Positions 61,401-64,000 of a DNA stretch of 64,000 nucleotides are shown piece by piece. This stretch comes from Phoronis australis. Lineage: Eukaryota > Animalia > Phoronida. Position numbers and translations under genes: made by a program. The stretch covers positions 62,001 through 126,000 of the forward strand of contig NMRA01000513.1 of assembly GCA_002633005.1 (NCBI GenBank), written 5' to 3'. The notes beneath the pieces are model-generated. The model had not been told where the DNA came from. It searched no databases and saw only the letters and a list, made by a program, of their open reading frames with translations. Positions within the stretch are counted from its first letter, which is position 1; the number at the start of each line of letters is the position of its first letter.

Positions 61401-63117
61401 TCAAAACATGAATTTTAAGCATCGATTTGTTTGTCGACAACAGACCACATTTACACTTCCCGTATCAGTCATGCCAATTTGTTTGCGTAAAGCGCTACCT
61501 GTTGAGAATTCGGCCAGCCAATCAGAAACGCTGATTTGAAAATAATCCTGAGGAAAACTAAATGATACCTGCGTGCTGGCTAGCCCCTAGCGGCACGCAG
61601 GAAACCAGCGAGTCATTCCCATTGGTTGAAATCTGGGTAACCCCTTTCAGTTTACCAGTTTACGTACAGTGTAATATAGGCGACCACCGTTGACTCAAAT
61701 ATAGTTGCAATTGTTTAAAACGGCAGTGACTGAAGTAAACAAAATCAAGGGAACGCCGATCCAGTGGCTTAAGCCCAAACAAGTGCAGTGCATAAAGGCA
61801 TGTGCACGTGGTGGAGATGTGATCGGTATACTTCCCACCAAGACATATGCGCATGGATGCCACACACGGAATTCCGTGTGTTGTTCATCATGTTTTCACA
61901 GGGCCACTTTTCACTATAGGTGGCGCTGTGTCAGAGGTTGCCTTACGCTTCACGCAGACAGCTCCGGATAATAATTTACTTCACAGCTCCAGTAAATGAA
62001 TCTCTGAGAATTTAATAAGAATTGGTAATTTTGACTAAAGCAACGCACTGATTGAAAATAAGTAAATTGCTTTAACTGGTGCTAAACCGTTTGTGATGTG
62101 CTGACGATATCGTGGCAAAAACGTTATTCAGGGAATCAACGAAGTGAGAGCCTAAACCAAACTTTCTGTTGTCACCTTTAGTTAACTGATCCAATAGTTA
62201 CTGGATCTATAATTTTAGGACTTTGCGTAGGGTTTTTGACGGAAGGCTATGTGACTGGGCTGGCGAGACATTTCGAAACCACACTGTCGTAATTCTACTC
62301 ATGCTGTTGTGATATGGATGGGTGAAAGAGGGTGACAATGAAATTTACTACATGTCCTTTTATAGACCCCAACTATCGTCCAGGATTATCAAAATTTTGG
62401 GATCCTGTGAGGGGGAAGGATAGTATCCACCAGTAGTCTATTCAGAATTCTTCTCGAGGTTATGAGAAACATTGTGAATTGAGCATAACGCAGATGGATA
62501 GCAGAGTAACGTTGTCGCTCGCAATAAGCTACTGAGGAAAATAGCTGTTTACCGTAACAATGGTACATAGAGTTTCTGGTTTTCACACACAGTTTTAGGG
62601 AGATGATAAAAAAGCGACGTTATACGTTTTCAGATTTTGTTGGTTGGCTTGAAAAGAGAAGACATGACACAAAAAATATTGCAATTGTTCTGTAATATTT
62701 TTAAGGAGATTTTCATTTTTGTATGGATTTGCAGAAAAAAATTTTGTTATTCAAATAAACCACAAGAAAAGCCCAAATCTGCCATTTTGTTGTCCATACA
62801 ATGCTTAATTCACTTCATGATAACTCAGCTCTGTTTGTGATGGGAAATAAAAGTGGTTTGCACAATAATCTTGTACACAAACACCATATGAACAAAACAA
62901 CGGAACTATTGACATTTGAACCTGATTGATTTTCAGTTGATGGGAGTGGATTTTATTGACATGTGACAAATAATATTATTCATAACACATTCAAACTCAG
63001 AATTTCCTACCTTGAGTCAAACAAGGATTCGATTTTGGCCCTTTCTCCGTTGTTATGTATACTCGCCAAATTTCCATTAATACGCTTACAGTTATTTTCG
63101 GCTTCCTGCCACGTCAG
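31207..63117 (-). CDS. Mosaic extracellular protein: C-type lectin-MAM-CCP-CUB-CCP-CCP-CCP-MAM-Thr-rich-CUB (5' end outside window or unrecognised), >=963 aa
   Basis: Exons high to low: 63117-63011, 60840-60716, 60019-59897, 59268-59137, 58087-57993, 54730-54563, 53730-53643, 49246-49058, 47695-47511, 45057-44919, 44702-44532, 42761-42588, 39816-39646, 38918-38793, 38117-37986, 35252-35104, 32915-32834, 32466-32326, 31929-31716, 31387-31207. All are GT-AG, phases chain, and they total 2892 nt to TAA. No TM segment seen. Confidence 0.85.
31716..31929 (-). CDS. CUB N-half exon ([18 protein letters not shown]...FVEFDL)
   Basis: SPNY..Y....C.W and F..FDL motifs. Confidence 0.85.
32326..32466 (-). 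CDS. Thr-rich mucin-like linker exon
   Basis: [13 protein letters not shown]...; phase 1-1, 141 nt. Confidence 0.75.
32834..32915 (-). CDS. MAM-2 exon 4 (FTFEAVHG...DVSIDDI..IEGC)
   Basis: MAM C-terminal FE..G....D.AIDD motif. Confidence 0.85.
34012..34169. mobile_element. ~155 bp MITE, same family as 3110-3263
   Basis: TIR cagtggcggat / atccgcccctg; shared internal sequence. Confidence 0.7.
35104..35252 (-). CDS. MAM-2 exon 3 (MGDLRVY...GDQGAEW)
   Basis: G.L.V and G.QG..W MAM motifs. Confidence 0.85.
35460..36632. mobile_element. PIF/Harbinger-type non-autonomous element with nested MITE (~35843-36001)
   Basis: Perfect 26-bp TIR cagccgatttcataaaggtggtttaa / ttaaaccacctttatgaaatcggctg, TSD CAG on both sides, and subterminal agaccaggtttaa repeats. 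The nested element has atgcggatccagg / cctggatccgcat ends. Confidence 0.85.
36990..37615 (+). mobile_element. 5'-truncated LINE 3' end with 14-bp TSD
   Basis: [28 protein letters not shown]...EIHF (C-terminal zinc-knuckle region), AATAAA plus (ttgt/ttg)n tail, TSD gaaacctcattgca at 36976-36989 and 37616-37629. Confidence 0.85.
37986..38117 (-). CDS. MAM-2 exon 2 (GYFAFTEGS...KARLNS...FAYNMNG)
   Basis: G.Y...E.S, A.L.S and F.Y.M.G motifs. Confidence 0.85.
38793..38918 (-). CDS. MAM-2 exon 1 (CDFERGFCG...DW...TPSSGTGP)
   Basis: CDFE...CG and TGP motifs. Confidence 0.9.
39646..39816 (-). CDS. Sushi/CCP exon
   Basis: 4 Cys, [11 protein letters not shown]; phase 1-1. Confidence 0.9.
40037..40299. 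mobile_element. MITE with imperfect TIR
   Basis: cactcatattgacaagg / ccttatcaatacgagtg. Confidence 0.55.
42588..42761 (-). CDS. Sushi/CCP exon
   Basis: [10 protein letters not shown]...CNTGYRLTG...[11 protein letters not shown]...C. Confidence 0.92.
44532..44702 (-). CDS. Sushi/CCP exon
   Basis: [10 protein letters not shown]...[16 protein letters not shown]...[14 protein letters not shown]. Confidence 0.9.
44919..45057 (-). CDS. CUB-1 C-half exon ([12 protein letters not shown])
   Basis: SD.S....GF motif; phase 0-1. Confidence 0.85.
45485..45945 (+). mobile_element. Decayed Ty3/Gypsy integrase fragment
   Basis: PW..., [32 protein letters not shown]...VKFLLKK, with frameshifts. Confidence 0.65.
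46150..46590 (+). mobile_element. Decayed RLE-type (HERO/NeSL-like) non-LTR fragment
   Basis: [20 protein letters not shown]...DPQC...[24 protein letters not shown] resembles the CCHC region before the RLE. Confidence 0.6.
47511..47695 (-). CDS. CUB-1 N-half exon
   Basis: C...[23 protein letters not shown]...[15 protein letters not shown]. Confidence 0.9.
48170..48293. repeat. (CA)n microsatellite
   Basis: Read directly from the sequence. Confidence 0.9.
49058..49246 (-). CDS. Sushi/CCP exon
   Basis: CSPP...VTYNCSEG...CLPDGSW...C; an alternative in-frame acceptor lies 18 nt upstream. Confidence 0.88.
49399..49612. repeat. (CAT)n microsatellite, pure then degenerate
   Basis: Read directly; explains the poly-His and poly-Ser ORFs. 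Confidence 0.9.
49729..49816 (-). CDS. MAM-1 exon 4, second copy
   Basis: [20 protein letters not shown]...CM. Confidence 0.65.
51087..51254 (-). CDS. MAM-1 exon 3, second copy
   Basis: [15 protein letters not shown]...GNAGPGW. Confidence 0.65.
51985..52267 (-). mobile_element. Penelope-like pseudo-LTR fragment with hammerhead motif (52111-52162)
   Basis: Minus strand reads CTGATGA-T-GAGAC atgca GTCTC-GAAA-TACA-actagtg, a second CTGAAGA core ~85 nt downstream, then aaacaaaaagtccagtcg. Homologous to 10253-10585. Confidence 0.6.
52300..52444. mobile_element. Short MITE
   Basis: TIR catgggcggcg / cgccgcccatg; lies in a segment absent from the second copy of the duplication. Confidence 0.7.
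53643..53730 (-). CDS. MAM-1 exon 4
   Basis: [20 protein letters not shown]...CT. Confidence 0.8.
54563..54730 (-). CDS. MAM-1 exon 3
   Basis: 168 nt, phase 0-0, MAM motifs. Confidence 0.8.
56356..56450 (-). CDS. MAM-1 exon 2, second copy (NGNTG variant)
   Basis: [10 protein letters not shown]...AQLLSP. Confidence 0.65.
57484..57615 (-). CDS. MAM-1 exon 1, second copy
   Basis: [10 protein letters not shown]...TGP. Confidence 0.65.
57993..58087 (-). CDS. MAM-1 exon 2
   Basis: [23 protein letters not shown]. Confidence 0.8.
59137..59268 (-). CDS. MAM-1 exon 1
   Basis: [10 protein letters not shown]...W.RHSGST...TGP. Confidence 0.85.
59897..60019 (-). CDS. C-type lectin C-terminal exon (ENCL...[15 protein letters not shown])
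   Basis: E.C...W.D..C.......C pattern. Confidence 0.87.
60716..60840 (-). CDS. C-type lectin middle exon ([15 protein letters not shown]...W..GQPN)
   Basis: WIG and EG.W.W.D motifs. Confidence 0.9.
61690..61845 (+). mobile_element. Remnant of RecQ-like SF2 helicase N-terminus, probably transposon-borne
   Basis: [25 protein letters not shown] resembles the Q motif plus the start of motif I (LPTG.GKS), then truncates. Confidence 0.45.
63011..63117 (-). CDS. C-type lectin exon ([22 protein letters not shown])
   Basis: W..A...C....G.LASI motif; phase 0-2 joins the 60840 exon. Confidence 0.9.
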
Positions 63118-64000
63118 CTGTAAGGACAAGCAAGCACAAACTTAACGAAGATCTTGTAACTATGGTTTCTCATTCAGTCGTCATTCATAAAAAGGGCTTA
63201 TATTTCAATTTAAGGAGGGTAATAATCCTTCACACAGCTACGACAAAAAAACGCCTTTGGCATGCGGTATTTAGGAACCTTTCGGACATTATATTCCAAA
63301 AATCATTGTTGGACCCCATTACGTCATATCAGAGCCACCATTGAGGACTGTACTTAGGTTATTTGTTTTGTTTTTTTGTGGAACTTTCTTATTTGTCTCT
63401 TTTCGGTTCGCGATCATTTAAAATATAACAAATTCTTTATCTTTTCTAATCACCCAGAGCACCACGAACAATAGAATTCATTGAATGTTTCAACAAGATT
63501 CGCCTTCGCTAATTTGACTCAGGCCAATAAGAGAATTGCCGTTGGATGCAATAAGTAGGCATGGAACACGAACAATAGACTAGATTGCGTTATTCAAAGT
63601 GGTACTCTGCCACTGAGACAAAATTCTATCTGTTCACTAGGTATTTTACTGTCGTAAAAATTTTGAATTTCTTTTGATGGTAAAATTCTTTTGATTTCTA
63701 AACATTTTCTTTAAGTTACATATTTCATTAAAAAAACTTTCTGTCAAGTGTTCGTCACTTCGTCGGTTTTTCTTCCACAAGGCAAAGCACGTATTTTAAC
63801 ATGGTGTGGTAAAACCCCATAGACGTAGGACATTTCCCTTACTCGGAAAATGTGACGTTTGACGTTTGACGTAGAAAAACAAATTCAATGGCGGCTTCAT
63901 GAAGTAGTCAATCCTATTAAAAAGCAATTGTTGTAAGTCCCAACTGGCTAGTCATGAAGGTATAGTAATATTCAAATATGTTTTAAAATGCACTTGGAAT

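Noticed and set aside
3409-63117. A functional cluster linking the glycosyltransferase, receptor and lectin genes
   Set aside because: Adjacency alone is not evidence in an animal genome; it would need conserved microsynteny or co-expression.
62389-63560. Candidate first or signal-peptide exons for the mosaic gene
   Set aside because: Apart from the 63011-63117 exon, none gives a convincing signal peptide or lectin N-terminus with a phase-0 donor; the 5' end is probably beyond the window.

Overview
AT-rich, intron- and repeat-rich animal genomic DNA, most consistent with a marine invertebrate (inference; not prokaryotic). Three host genes can be read. (1) An intronless 452-aa type II membrane GT-A/DxD glycosyltransferase-like ORF (3409-4767, +). 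(2) A complete 10-exon Cys-loop receptor of the nicotinic acetylcholine receptor family (12792-29664, +, 464 aa by my exon joining). It is a non-alpha type: YQSS replaces YxCC, it has a cation-type GEK motif, and its pore has an unusual 9'Val/13'Phe. (3) A 5'-truncated, 20-exon mosaic gene, probably encoding a secreted protein (63117 to 31207, -; C-type lectin-MAM-CCP-CUB-CCPx3-MAM-Thr-rich-CUB, >=963 aa), converging on the receptor gene. The rest is transposon debris: an Academ-like end, a LINE inserted just behind the glycosyltransferase stop codon, a nested Crypton-like element carrying a tRNA-like sequence, a HINE-like tandem array, Penelope-like fragments with minimal hammerhead ribozymes, Harbinger and Tc1/mariner MITEs, and RNase H, Gypsy and HERO-like fragments. 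Three apparent tandem exon duplications each abut a single N (20017, 53528, 57631) and are most likely uncollapsed haplotypes. All calls were made by eye; no database searches were run.
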